In this document: piece by piece, positions 30,700 to 39,438 of the stretch
Layout of the letters: each line of letters starts with the position of its first letter
Position numbering within the stretch: position 1 is the first letter of the stretch
DNA from: a bacterium
GTDB taxonomy: Bacteria > UBA8248
DNA length: 64,000 nt
Direction of reading: 5' to 3'
NCBI GenBank assembly: GCA_965199855.1
Contig: OZ241326.1
Location: forward strand, 1,952,001 to 2,016,000
Notes under the pieces: generated by a model
Told to the model about the DNA's origin: nothing
The model's input: only the letters and a program-made list of their open reading frames with translations
Database searches by the model: none
Position numbers and translations under genes: made by a program

Positions 30700-31924
30700 T
30701 TCGCGTCTCTCCCCGATCGTTCGCGCCCGGCGCCCCTCCCCGCAGGCGCGCCGACGCCGAAACGGCCAGCCAGCCCATGGCGGCGAAGAAGAAGTAGCTC
30801 GCGTCCAGCCCCATCCGCTCGGCGATCCATCCGCCGGCCAGGGGCGCGAGAAAACTCAGCCCGTGGCAGGCGTAGATGAAGCCGACGGAGGAGGCCAGAA
30901 TGTCCTCGTCCGAAAAATCCGCCGCCGCCGTGAGAATGATCGGACTCACGAAGCCCGTGACGCCGCTCAGCGCCGCGAGTAGCATGAGGCCCGCCGGCCG
31001 CCCGGCGAACGGCATGGCGAAAACGAAGAGCCCCAGCAGCGCGAGGGGCCAGAAAAGCGCCGCGTGGGCGCCCCGGCGATCATACAGGATTCCCATCAGG
31101 GGCTTGGAGATCGCGCCGAAGCCGAAGTGGAGCGACACCGCCAGCCCGATTTGCGCGGTGTCCATGCCCAGCTTCGCCGTCGCCAGCAGGGGGAGAAACC
31201 CTATCATCCCCTTGGTGCACATGCTCCGGAGGGCGTAGGTCGCCGCCAGCCATACCGTGTTCCCGTTCGCCGTCACCCGCCGGATGATGGTCGGGATTCC
31301 GGGCTTCGCGCCCCTCTCTCCCCCGCCTCCGGGCGCGCGCCTCTCCTCGCGGAAGCGGACGCCCACCAGGGGCAGGAGAAGCACGGCGGGGGCGGCGCAG
31401 GCGCCGATCGCCGCGCGCCAGCCGGCCGCGGCCGCCACGGCCGCCTGGGCGAGCGGGATGACGCTGGTCCCCACGTTGCCGCCCAGGCTGTGCCACGAGA
31501 TGGCGAAGGCGCGATCCCGCTCGAAGCGGCTGGCCGTCAGCGCCGTTCCGCACGGATGATAGACGGCGTTGCCCGCGCCCGCGAGAAACGCCAGAGAGAC
31601 CAGCGTCCAGAAGCCGCCCGCCCAGATCATGGCGAGAAAAGAGGCGGCGGAGAGGCTCATGCCCGCAAGCAGGATGCGCTTTCTCGCGCCCGCGCCGTCC
31701 GCGAGAATGGAGAGAGGATACTGAAAAATCATCGTCCCCAAGCTGAAGGCGCTCAGCAGGACGCCCGCCTGGAAGGGGGAGAGGCCCACGTCCGCGATGA
31801 TGAGCGCGAGCGCAGGCACCAGCATGTTGCTGAAGCCGTCGCTCAGCCCGTGCGTCGCGCCGATGAGGCCCAAATCGAAGTAGTCGCCGGGGCGCCAGGC
31901 CGTCTTTCGCCCGCGCCGGGTCAT
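30689..31924 (-). CDS. MFS transporter
   Basis: C-terminal part of the 708-aa ORF from MTRRGRK; HGLSD, YHPCG, GILYDRRG; start overlaps the stop of the upstream peptidase gene. Confidence 0.85.
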   Translation of the reverse strand: MTRRGRKTAWRPGDYFDLGLIGATHGLSDGFSNMLVPALALIIADVGLSPFQAGVLLSAFSLGTMIFQYPLSILADGAGARKRILLAGMSLSAASFLAMIWAGGFWTLVSLAFLAGAGNAVYHPCGTALTASRFERDRAFAISWHSLGGNVGTSVIPLAQAAVAAAAGWRAAIGACAAPAVLLLPLVGVRFREERRAPGGGGERGAKPGIPTIIRRVTANGNTVWLAATYALRSMCTKGMIGFLPLLATAKLGMDTAQIGLAVSLHFGFGAISKPLMGILYDRRGAHAALFWPLALLGLFVFAMPFAGRPAGLMLLAALSGVTGFVSPIILTAAADFSDEDILASSVGFIYACHGLSFLAPLAGGWIAERMGLDASYFFFAAMGWLAVSASARLRGGAPGANDRGETRNDT

Positions 31925-32916
31925 CGGGATTCCGGCAGGTCCCGCCAGGCGGGAATCCCCCCTCCTCCCTCGGCCTCCATCACGGCGCGGCAGATCGCGC
32001 GGCCGACGGCGGCGGCGGCCGCCGCGCCTACGACGTCGAATGGCGCCTCGCGCTCCCCGCGCGAGAGGGCGAACGCCATGTCGCCGTCCACCGTCGTGTA
32101 GGAGGGGCGCACGGCGCGAATCAGCCCGTTCGCCGCCATCCGGGCGAGCTTGTGTGCTTCGGGCTTCGAGAGTTTGGCGTCCGTCGCGGCGACGACGAGC
32201 GTCGTGTTCTCCGAGGGGTCGGCGAAGCCCTCGAAGGGACGGCCCCGGCGCCGCAGATGCTCCTCGGTGTCGATGATTCCCCTGCCCGGCGGCACCGCCC
32301 TCGGCCCGGCGAGGGGACGCCCCGTGACGGGGTCGTGCACCCCGCCGAAGGCGTTCACCGCCGCCAGCGCGCCCACGACGCCTCCCCCCGGCAGAGGCGC
32401 GCTCGCCGTCCCGACGCCCCCCTTCATGGCGCGCTCGAGCCCCAGCAGCTTCCCCACCGTCGCGCCCGTCCCCGCCCCCACGCTTCCCTGGGCGCCCTCG
32501 GCGTTCTCGGCCGCCTCGCACGCGGCGCGCCCCATGGCGGCGTCCGGCCGCGTCCGTCCGTCGCCGAAATGCAGGTCGAAGAGGACGCCCGCCGCCACCG
32601 TGGGGACGCTGAAGCGCCCGGTGGGAAACCCCCTGCCCCTCTCCTCGAGAAAGGACATGACGCCGTCGGCCGCCGCAAGGCCGAACGCGCTGCCTCCCGC
32701 GAGGAGAACGGCGTCCACCCCGCCGACCAAGTGCCCGGGGCGCAGGGCGTCCATGCCGCGCGTGGCCGTCGCCGTGCCGCGCAGCTCGCACGCGCCGACG
32801 GTTCCGGGGGGACAAAGGACGACGGAAACGCCCGTCCCGGCCTTCTCGTCCTGCGCGTGGCCCAGATAAAAGCCGGGAACGTCGGTGACGCAGCCCGTGA
32901 GGTCGGCGGGTTTCAG
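31921..32916 (-). CDS. Peptidase S58/DmpA (P1 family)
   Basis: VTDVPGFYLGH, LAGGSAFGL, GSVGAGTGA, KGGVG, ENTT, DGD motifs; homology extends upstream of the listed ATG to a CTG at 32916 preceded by GAGGAG. Confidence 0.85.
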   Translation of the reverse strand: MKPADLTGCVTDVPGFYLGHAQDEKAGTGVSVVLCPPGTVGACELRGTATATRGMDALRPGHLVGGVDAVLLAGGSAFGLAAADGVMSFLEERGRGFPTGRFSVPTVAAGVLFDLHFGDGRTRPDAAMGRAACEAAENAEGAQGSVGAGTGATVGKLLGLERAMKGGVGTASAPLPGGGVVGALAAVNAFGGVHDPVTGRPLAGPRAVPPGRGIIDTEEHLRRRGRPFEGFADPSENTTLVVAATDAKLSKPEAHKLARMAANGLIRAVRPSYTTVDGDMAFALSRGEREAPFDVVGAAAAAAVGRAICRAVMEAEGGGGIPAWRDLPESR

Positions 32917-32953
32917 GGGGGCGGCTCCTCGGTTTTCTCGCGCGGGGCCGCCG

Positions 32954-33622
32954 TCAGTCCCCGGCGGGCGGTTCGCCCGGGGCGCGGCCGGGCAGGGTCC
33001 CCGTTTCGAGAATGCCGTCGATGACGCATCGGTACTGCTCCGTCGGCACCGCGCCCACGATCACCGCCTCGTCGTTCACGACGACGGAGGGTATGCCCGT
33101 GATGCCCAGGCTCACGGCGCCGGCGTATTCCCGCATCGCCCTGCGCCGCAGGTCGCCGCTCGCCACGGCGTCGCGGAACCTGTCCATGTCCAGGCCGCTC
33201 CTCTCCGCCACCTCGTCGATGACTTTCCTGTCCGAGATGTCGCGGCTCTCGGTGAAGAAGGCGGCCAGCAGGTTGCGGTGAAGCGCGTCCCACTCCCCGT
33301 CGCCCTGGAATCTCGCGGCCAGCCCGGCCTCCGCCGAGGGCATCGAGCAGTTCGGAAACGTCTCGCCCCCGCCCTCGTCCCACATCGTGAAGTCCCCGGA
33401 ATCGGGCTGGGCGTTCGCGTTCGTCCAGTGGGTTCTGCGGTAGTCGTTGAACACGGCCGTCGGGTCCGGCTCGGGCCGCAGCATGAAGACCCGGTATTGA
33501 ATCTCCACCCGCCCGCCGTATTCCTCCCTGATCTTCTTCAGGCGCACGGCCGAATTGAAGCACCAGGGTCACAGAAAGTCGCTATACGCCGTGAACCGCG
33601 CGGGGGCGCGCCCGTCGGTCAT
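32954..33622 (-). CDS. DsbA/FrnE-family oxidoreductase, predicted selenoprotein (UPWC; in-frame TGA at 33569-33571)
   Basis: MTDGRAPARFTAYSDFL-TGA-PWCFNSAVRL continues in frame into the 197-aa ORF with GITGIP cis-Pro loop and IVGAVP; TGA occupies the first Cys of SDxxCPWC. Confidence 0.85.
33515..33550 (-). promoter_or_regulatory. Putative bacterial SECIS hairpin
   Basis: GCCGT-gcg-CCTGA[AGAAGA]TCAGG-gaggaat-ACGGC; apical loop starts 31 nt after UGA and has G at position 2. Confidence 0.65.
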
Positions 33623-33734
33623 CCTCGCCTCTCCTCTCGCTCCGCCGCCGGGGGGCTTTCCGCCCCGGGCGGCTACCGAATTTCCGCAGGGATTGTAGGC
33701 GAAATCCGGCGAAAAGCCAAAGCCGCCCCGCCGA

Positions 33735-34300
33735 CGGGAACGGCGCGGGACGCATATATGGAAACGCTCTCGCGTTTCACCTGCGAAACCATGAAACCCG
33801 CATCGCCCGCCGTAGGGGGAATCCCCGGTCGTCATTCCGGCGAAGGCTATCCAGGGTCGTCATTCCGGCGAAGGCCGGAATCCGGGGTTTTGATTGTCTT
33901 CCCCTCAAAACGGGCGGTTCCCGAACCGCTCCTACAAATATCCCCACCCCATCCTCGCCATTGACGACGGGCGGCCGCAGGGGGCCGCCCCTACGAAACC
34001 ATGAAACCCACATCCCCGCCGATCGCCGGGCGGGACGCATATATGCGTCCCCTACGCAAAATCAAAATCGCCGCCGCCCGTAGGGGGCGCATTCTTGCGC
34101 CCCGTTGCGGGTTGTCATGCGGATTGTAGGAACACCCCCCTGTGGTTGTCCTTCCCCGGGTTCCCGTCCCGCAACGCGCGAAAATCCCGTAGGGGTCGTT
34201 CGTGAACGACCCGCCGCCTCCGATGCGAACCCTTCTAAATAAATACGGGCGGTTCTCGAATTGTGGAGCGGGCCCGGGGAGGGGTCGCCCCCACGGAGAC
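33735..34300. repeat. REP-like mosaic array 6 (upstream of autotransporter 2)
   Basis: CGTC palindromes near 33829 and 33858 (first one truncated) and several GTAG types. Confidence 0.88.
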
Positions 34301-34400
34301 GAAACCGCTTTGGCTCCGAGAGGGCGGCCGCGAATGAGGGATTTCGGGGCGGGGGCCGTCGTCGAAATATAAACCTTTCTGGCAAAGCGCGCTCTCCAAC

Positions 34401-34409
34401 TGATATAAT
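34401..34409 (+). promoter_or_regulatory. Extended -10 promoter (TGaTATAAT) of autotransporter 2
   Basis: Consensus TGnTATAAT about 75 bp before the ATG that carries the GAGGAG SD. Confidence 0.7.
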
Positions 34410-34483
34410 CTCCCGCCGTTCGACCGAGAACGGGCACGGATGAATTCGTCATCAGGATGGAATACGCGAGGAGACTTGATTCC

Positions 34484-37400
34484 ATGTCCGCCCGAGAGCT
34501 TGTCCGCGCCCTGAAAACGCGGCATACTGCGTCCGACTCACCGACTCACCGACTCACCGACTCACCGACTCACCGACTCACCGACTCACCGACTCACCGA
34601 CTCACCGACTCACCGACTCACCGACTCACCGACTCACCGACAAGTAACGGCCGCGAAGGGCGCGGCGTGAGGGCGCGGGCGGCCGCGCTCGCCCTGGCGC
34701 TCGGGCTGCTTCTCTGCGCGGGGGAGGCGGCGGCGCAGACCGCCGTGTGCAGCGACACGCCGGGGGCGGGCCAGAGAATCGCGTGCGAGGTCGCCAGCGG
34801 CGTCACGCAGGACGTCACCATCGACGCGATGAACCCTTCCATCTCGACGTCGGCCGCCAACGCCTACGGCGTTTATGGCCGTCACCGGGGGACGGGCGGG
34901 ATCGACATCGATCTGACCGGCGCCGGAATCGCAACGGCGGGCGATCGAGCTTCCGGCGTCCTGGCCTGGGCCAGCAACGCCGCGGGCGAGGGGGACGTCT
35001 CTATCGGCGTGGCGGGAGGCGCCGTCAGGACGGCGGGCGATCGAGCCAACGGCGTCTTTGTCATCCACGCGGGCGCGGCCGGCCGCGTCTCCATTGACCT
35101 GAACGCCGCCGCCATCACGACGACGGGCGCGAACTCCTACGGCGTCCAGGTTTGGGCCAGCAACGCCGCGGGCGAGGTGGACGTCTCTATCGGCGCGGCG
35201 GGCGGCTCCGTCAAGACGGAGGGCGGCGATCGAGCCGACGGCGTCTATGCCCGGAACGACGGCCTGGGCGGGGTCTCCGTCAATCTGAACGACGCGGATA
35301 TCGAAACGGCGGGCGCCGGCGCCTACGGCGTCCTGGCCTGGGCGAGCAACGCCGCGGGCGAGGCGGACGTCTCCGTCGGCGCGGAGGGAGGCTCCGTCAG
35401 GACGGCGGGCGATCGAGCCTCCGGCGTCTATGCCCGGAGCGACGGCCTGGGCGGGGTCTCCATTGACCTGAACGACGCCGCCATCACGACGACGGGCGTG
35501 AACTCCTACGGCGTCCTGGCCTGGGCGAGCAACGCCGCGGGCGAGGCGGCGATCTCCATCAGCCTCAAGAACGGCGCGCGGATCGAGACGGCGGGCGATC
35601 GAGGCAACGGCGTCTATGCCCGGAGCGACGGCCTGGGCGGGGTCTCCGTCAATCTGAACGACGCCGCCATCACGACGACGGGCGTGGACTCCTACGGCGT
35701 CTTCGCCTGGGCGACAAACGCCGCGAGCGAGACGGACGTCACCGTCGGCGCGGCGGGCGGCTCCGTCGCCGTGGAGGGACTGGGCGCGAGGGGTCTCTAC
35801 GGATACCACCGGGGTCTCGGCTCCGTCTCGATGACGACGGACGCCGCCAACGTGATCGAGGCGCCGTTCGCCGTCGGAGTGGAGGCGCGCCTGACGAACG
35901 ACGCGAACGCGGCGGGCCGCCTCCTCGTCACGAACGGGGGCGCGGTGGAGGCGCGCGACGTCGGCGTTCGCGCCCGGGCGGCGCGTTCGAGCGGCTCCAC
36001 CTTCGGGGAGGGGACGCGGACGGCGGACGACGCGGCGCGAACCGGGCCGATGATTCACGTCGCGTCGAGCGGGGACGTCACCGTCGGCGAAAGCGTGACG
36101 GACGCCTTCATCCGGAACAAAATCGCGGGGGAGGACGGGACGCTCTCGACGGGCGAGCGCGCCGTCCTGGACGCCGTCACGGCGGGTGATTCAGACGCGC
36201 TGGATACGGCGCTCGCCGCCCTTCCCGCCGCCTACGACGACGACTGGAAGGCGGAGGCGCGGGAGCTTCTTCGCAAGCGCGGCCATGAGCCGACCTCCGC
36301 CGCCGCGCTGGCGATCCGGGCGGCCGGGGAGATTCTGGGTCTTTCTCTCGCGGGCGTCCGCGCCCTGGCGCTTTCCCACGCGGCGATCGCCGATTACGTC
36401 CGGGGCGGCGACCGGGACCCGGCGATTCTCGCCATCGCCGAGGCGAGCCGCGCGACCCGGCAGCAGGCGGCGCTGGCGGAGCAGGAGAAGCTCTCGGCCG
36501 CCGAGCGGGCGGTTCTGGCGGCGGCGCTGACGGGCGGCGATCTGGAGGGCGCCCTCGCCGCCCTTCCCGAGAGCTACGCGGACGCCTGGAAGAACGACGT
36601 CCGCCGGCTCGCGGCGAGCTACAACGCGGGCGACATCCGCGTGGACGTGACCGGAGGCGCGATAGCCGCGGAGGGCAACGGCGTGGAGGCGCTCTACGCC
36701 GTTCCGCACGAGAGGAACGGGGGCATAGCGGTGCGCGTGGCCGAGGGCGCGAGCGTCTCGGGCGGCGCGAACGGGCTCTATCTTTCCGGCGCGGGCGCGG
36801 GCGCGGGGAATTTCTTGGCGCAGAGCGTCTCGATTGACGGGGAGGTGAGGGGCGGCGCCGGCGCGGGCGTCTATATGAAGGGCGGCGGCAGGCTGACCAT
36901 CGGCGCGACGGGCCGCGTGGGCGCGACCTCCGGCGTGGGGGTTCTGGCGGATGGTCCCGGGGATTTCCACGCGACGGTGGCGGGGAGGGTGACAGGCGAT
37001 ATAAGAGGCGTGGGCGCGGGCGATCATGCGGTCACGGTCTCCCCCGGCGGCGAGGTGACGGGAACGATTCATCTGGCGGCGAGTACCGTGACGGTGGACG
37101 GGACGGTCGGCGCCGTTCGTCTGGACCGCGGCGGGATGGTGACGGTGGGGCGGAGCGGCGTCATCCGGGGCGCGGGAGGGACGGCGATCCGCGCGGGAGG
37201 CGCGGCGCTCCGCGCCGATCTGAACCCGAGCGGCCGCCGGTTCCACAGCGTGGCGGGCGGCGGCGTCATCATCCACAACGCGGGCGGGAAGACGACGCTC
37301 CTCGTCAACGGGGTGAAGCTGCACGACGCGGAGACGGGCGAGACGGGCGCGCGGGCGCGCAACGGCCCTCGCGTCGTCTCCCTGCTCCCCGGGGCGGGCG

Positions 37401-38338
37401 ACGACGGAATCTTCACGGCGGAGGAATTCATCGAGCGGGGCCTGTACCAGGGAATATACGAGGCGCTGCCGGGGCTTCTGCACAGGATGGAGAGCGGACG
37501 GGCGCGGGCTGCGCGGACGACCGCGGAGGGCTCGCCCGTCTGGGTCCGGCTGTCGGGGACGGAGGGCTCGCGCGGGGCGAGGCGCTCGACCTCCTCCGCC
37601 GAATACGACTTCGCCTCCACGGGGCTGGAGGCGGGCCTGGCCGTCGCCTTCCCCTGGACGAGCGGCCTCACGGGCTCGCTCTCCCTCCGGCATCAGAGGG
37701 GCGCGGCGGAAACCTCGCTGGCCGACGGCAAGGGGGAGATTGACTTGGCCGGCGTGGGCCTGGGCGCGGGACTCTCGTGGAGAAGCGGGGACGGCTGGTA
37801 TCTGCGCGGGGAGTTCTCCGTCATGGACTACGACGCTGATCTCACTTCCAGGAAATGGGGCAGGCTGCGGGGCGAAGTGGGCGCGGGCGTCCGCGTTCTG
37901 GACGTTGAGGCCGGCCGCCGCCTCGCGCCCGGCGAGAGGTTCGCGCTCACGCCCCGGGCATGGCTCACGCGCTCGCGGGTCTCGATGGAGGGCTTCACGG
38001 ACGCTCTCGGGGCGCGGGTCAGGCTCATCGAGGGCGACCGGCTCTCGGGCGGCTTCGGCGCGGTTGCGGAGACCACCCGTCCCTTGGCGGTCGGGGGAGG
38101 GACGCTCGCTTGGCGCGGCTCGGCGGACGTGGAGGAGATCCTGAGCGGAGAGAAGACCTCCGTCGAGGTTTCCGGCGAGCGGCTCCGTGCCGAGGCGGCG
38201 AGCCCCCGCCTTCTGCTGGGTATCGGGGCGCGCTGGCGCAAGGGGCGCTTCACGATAGGCGGGGAAATCTCCTCCTCCGGTCTCGGCTCGGATGACAAGA
38301 CCCTCGGCGCCCGCCTGAGCGCGGAAATGCGGTTCTAG
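34484..38338 (+). CDS. Type Va autotransporter / adhesin-like outer membrane protein 2, with N-terminal SSR
   Basis: ATG 34484 with GAGGAG (alternative ATG 34457); signal peptide AAA/QT; roughly 60-aa passenger repeats; YEALP; VWVRL-start barrel with LTPRAWL; terminal Phe (AEMRF). Confidence 0.9.
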   Translation: MSARELVRALKTRHTASDSPTHRLTDSPTHRLTDSPTHRLTDSPTHRLTDSPTSNGREGRGVRARAAALALALGLLLCAGEAAAQTAVCSDTPGAGQRIACEVASGVTQDVTIDAMNPSISTSAANAYGVYGRHRGTGGIDIDLTGAGIATAGDRASGVLAWASNAAGEGDVSIGVAGGAVRTAGDRANGVFVIHAGAAGRVSIDLNAAAITTTGANSYGVQVWASNAAGEVDVSIGAAGGSVKTEGGDRADGVYARNDGLGGVSVNLNDADIETAGAGAYGVLAWASNAAGEADVSVGAEGGSVRTAGDRASGVYARSDGLGGVSIDLNDAAITTTGVNSYGVLAWASNAAGEAAISISLKNGARIETAGDRGNGVYARSDGLGGVSVNLNDAAITTTGVDSYGVFAWATNAASETDVTVGAAGGSVAVEGLGARGLYGYHRGLGSVSMTTDAANVIEAPFAVGVEARLTNDANAAGRLLVTNGGAVEARDVGVRARAARSSGSTFGEGTRTADDAARTGPMIHVASSGDVTVGESVTDAFIRNKIAGEDGTLSTGERAVLDAVTAGDSDALDTALAALPAAYDDDWKAEARELLRKRGHEPTSAAALAIRAAGEILGLSLAGVRALALSHAAIADYVRGGDRDPAILAIAEASRATRQQAALAEQEKLSAAERAVLAAALTGGDLEGALAALPESYADAWKNDVRRLAASYNAGDIRVDVTGGAIAAEGNGVEALYAVPHERNGGIAVRVAEGASVSGGANGLYLSGAGAGAGNFLAQSVSIDGEVRGGAGAGVYMKGGGRLTIGATGRVGATSGVGVLADGPGDFHATVAGRVTGDIRGVGAGDHAVTVSPGGEVTGTIHLAASTVTVDGTVGAVRLDRGGMVTVGRSGVIRGAGGTAIRAGGAALRADLNPSGRRFHSVAGGGVIIHNAGGKTTLLVNGVKLHDAETGETGARARNGPRVVSLLPGAGDDGIFTAEEFIERGLYQGIYEALPGLLHRMESGRARAARTTAEGSPVWVRLSGTEGSRGARRSTSSAEYDFASTGLEAGLAVAFPWTSGLTGSLSLRHQRGAAETSLADGKGEIDLAGVGLGAGLSWRSGDGWYLRGEFSVMDYDADLTSRKWGRLRGEVGAGVRVLDVEAGRRLAPGERFALTPRAWLTRSRVSMEGFTDALGARVRLIEGDRLSGGFGAVAETTRPLAVGGGTLAWRGSADVEEILSGEKTSVEVSGERLRAEAASPRLLLGIGARWRKGRFTIGGEISSSGLGSDDKTLGARLSAEMRF
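34533..34641 (+). repeat. Octanucleotide simple-sequence repeat (CCGACTCA)13 + CCGAC
   Basis: Perfect tandem array counted directly; encodes DSPTHRLT repeats. Confidence 0.98.
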
Positions 38339-38361
38339 GATCCGCCCGGCGGCGCATTCGC

Positions 38362-39010
38362 GTAGGGGCGGATTGTAGGGACAACCCCTGCGGTGTCCTT
38401 CGCCGGGTTCCCGTCCCGCCGCCGCGTGACAATCCCGCAGGGGTCGTTCGTGAACGACCCGCTCCCGCCGATGCGAATTCCTCCCCCAACGGGCGGTTCT
38501 CGAACCGCCCCTACGAAACCATGAAACCGCGCATGGATTGGCCGGGAACGCCCGTTCGCCACCGCGCGCCTCGGTTCTGGATTCCGGCTTTCGCCGGAAT
38601 GACGGCGAAAGGCCAACCCCGGCGTCCCTTCGATCTGACAGGGAACAACATCGAGACGGCAACGAGGGTTTCCCCTCCGCCGCGCGCCGCCCCAGAATCC
38701 CGTCATTCCGGCGAAAGCCGGAATCCAGGGGTCTGGTTGCCTTCCTGAAAACGGGCGGTTCCCGAATTGTGGGGCGGCCCCAGGGAGGCGCCGCCCCTGC
38801 GAAACCATTGAACCCCTCACGGGCCGTAAAACGCCCCGCCTCGCATCCCCGCCGATCGACGGGCGGGACGCATGAATGCGTCCCCTACGGGTGAATCACG
38901 CCATCCGGCCCCGTAGGGGGCATCCCCGGCCGTCATTCCGGCGAAGGCCGGAATCCAGGGTTTTGATTGTCTTCCTGAAAACGGGCGGTTCACGAACCGC
39001 CCCTACGAAA
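38362..39010. repeat. REP-like mosaic array 7 (downstream of autotransporter 2)
   Basis: GTAG types plus a CGTC doublet at 38579-38726 and a CGTC copy near 38931. Confidence 0.88.
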
Positions 39011-39425
39011 CCGTTGCCGTCCCCGCCCGGTCGCCGCGCGCATTTGCCCGCATTTGCGCCTATCGGGCCTTCCCCTGAACGCGCGAGAATCCGCCGCGAG
39101 AGGGAGGAGGCGAACGCATGGACTTCGGGAAGCGGATGATGACGAAGGCGAGGGCGCGGGTCAGGGCGTTTTTCGCCCCGCGCCGTTCCCGCGTCGTCAA
39201 TTCCGGTGCGGAGGAGGGTTTGCGGAATCCGTCATTTTCCCGCCGGCGTCGGGGCGCGTCCCGCCGGCCCCGGATTGCGGCTTCCGCAGGCGCGCCGCGC
39301 GCGCTCCTCCATCGCCATGATGAAAACAATCCCGTTTTCGACAAAATCCGACAAATTCACGCCTTTATCCCGCAAATTCGCGCCTTTTTTCGACAAATTC
39401 AAGACCCTTCAGAGCGCGGAAAAAA

Positions 39426-39438
39426 TATCAACTCATTG
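39426..39438 (+). promoter_or_regulatory. IHF-consensus site in an AT-rich patch
   Basis: TATCAACTCATTG matches WATCAANNNNTTR and is preceded by an A-tract. Confidence 0.5.

Noticed and set aside
30689-32815. 708-aa fusion ORF
   Set aside because: The N-terminal 297 aa are an Arg-rich off-frame read of the peptidase gene; only the MFS part is credible
32954-33622. DsbA pseudogene with a nonsense mutation
   Set aside because: The TGA sits exactly at the catalytic Cys with a SECIS-like hairpin behind it and the rest of the frame is intact, so Sec recoding fits better
34533-34641. Octamer array as a GANTC methylation switch (each unit contains GACTC)
   Set aside because: No evidence of a CcrM/HinfI-type methylase in the window; frameshift slippage explains the tract more simply
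15173-39344. Many short ORFs overlapping the arrays (WIPAFAGMT, VGAVREPP, GRMNA peptides)
   Set aside because: They are translations of the palindromic repeats; none shows an HUH/Y1 transposase motif
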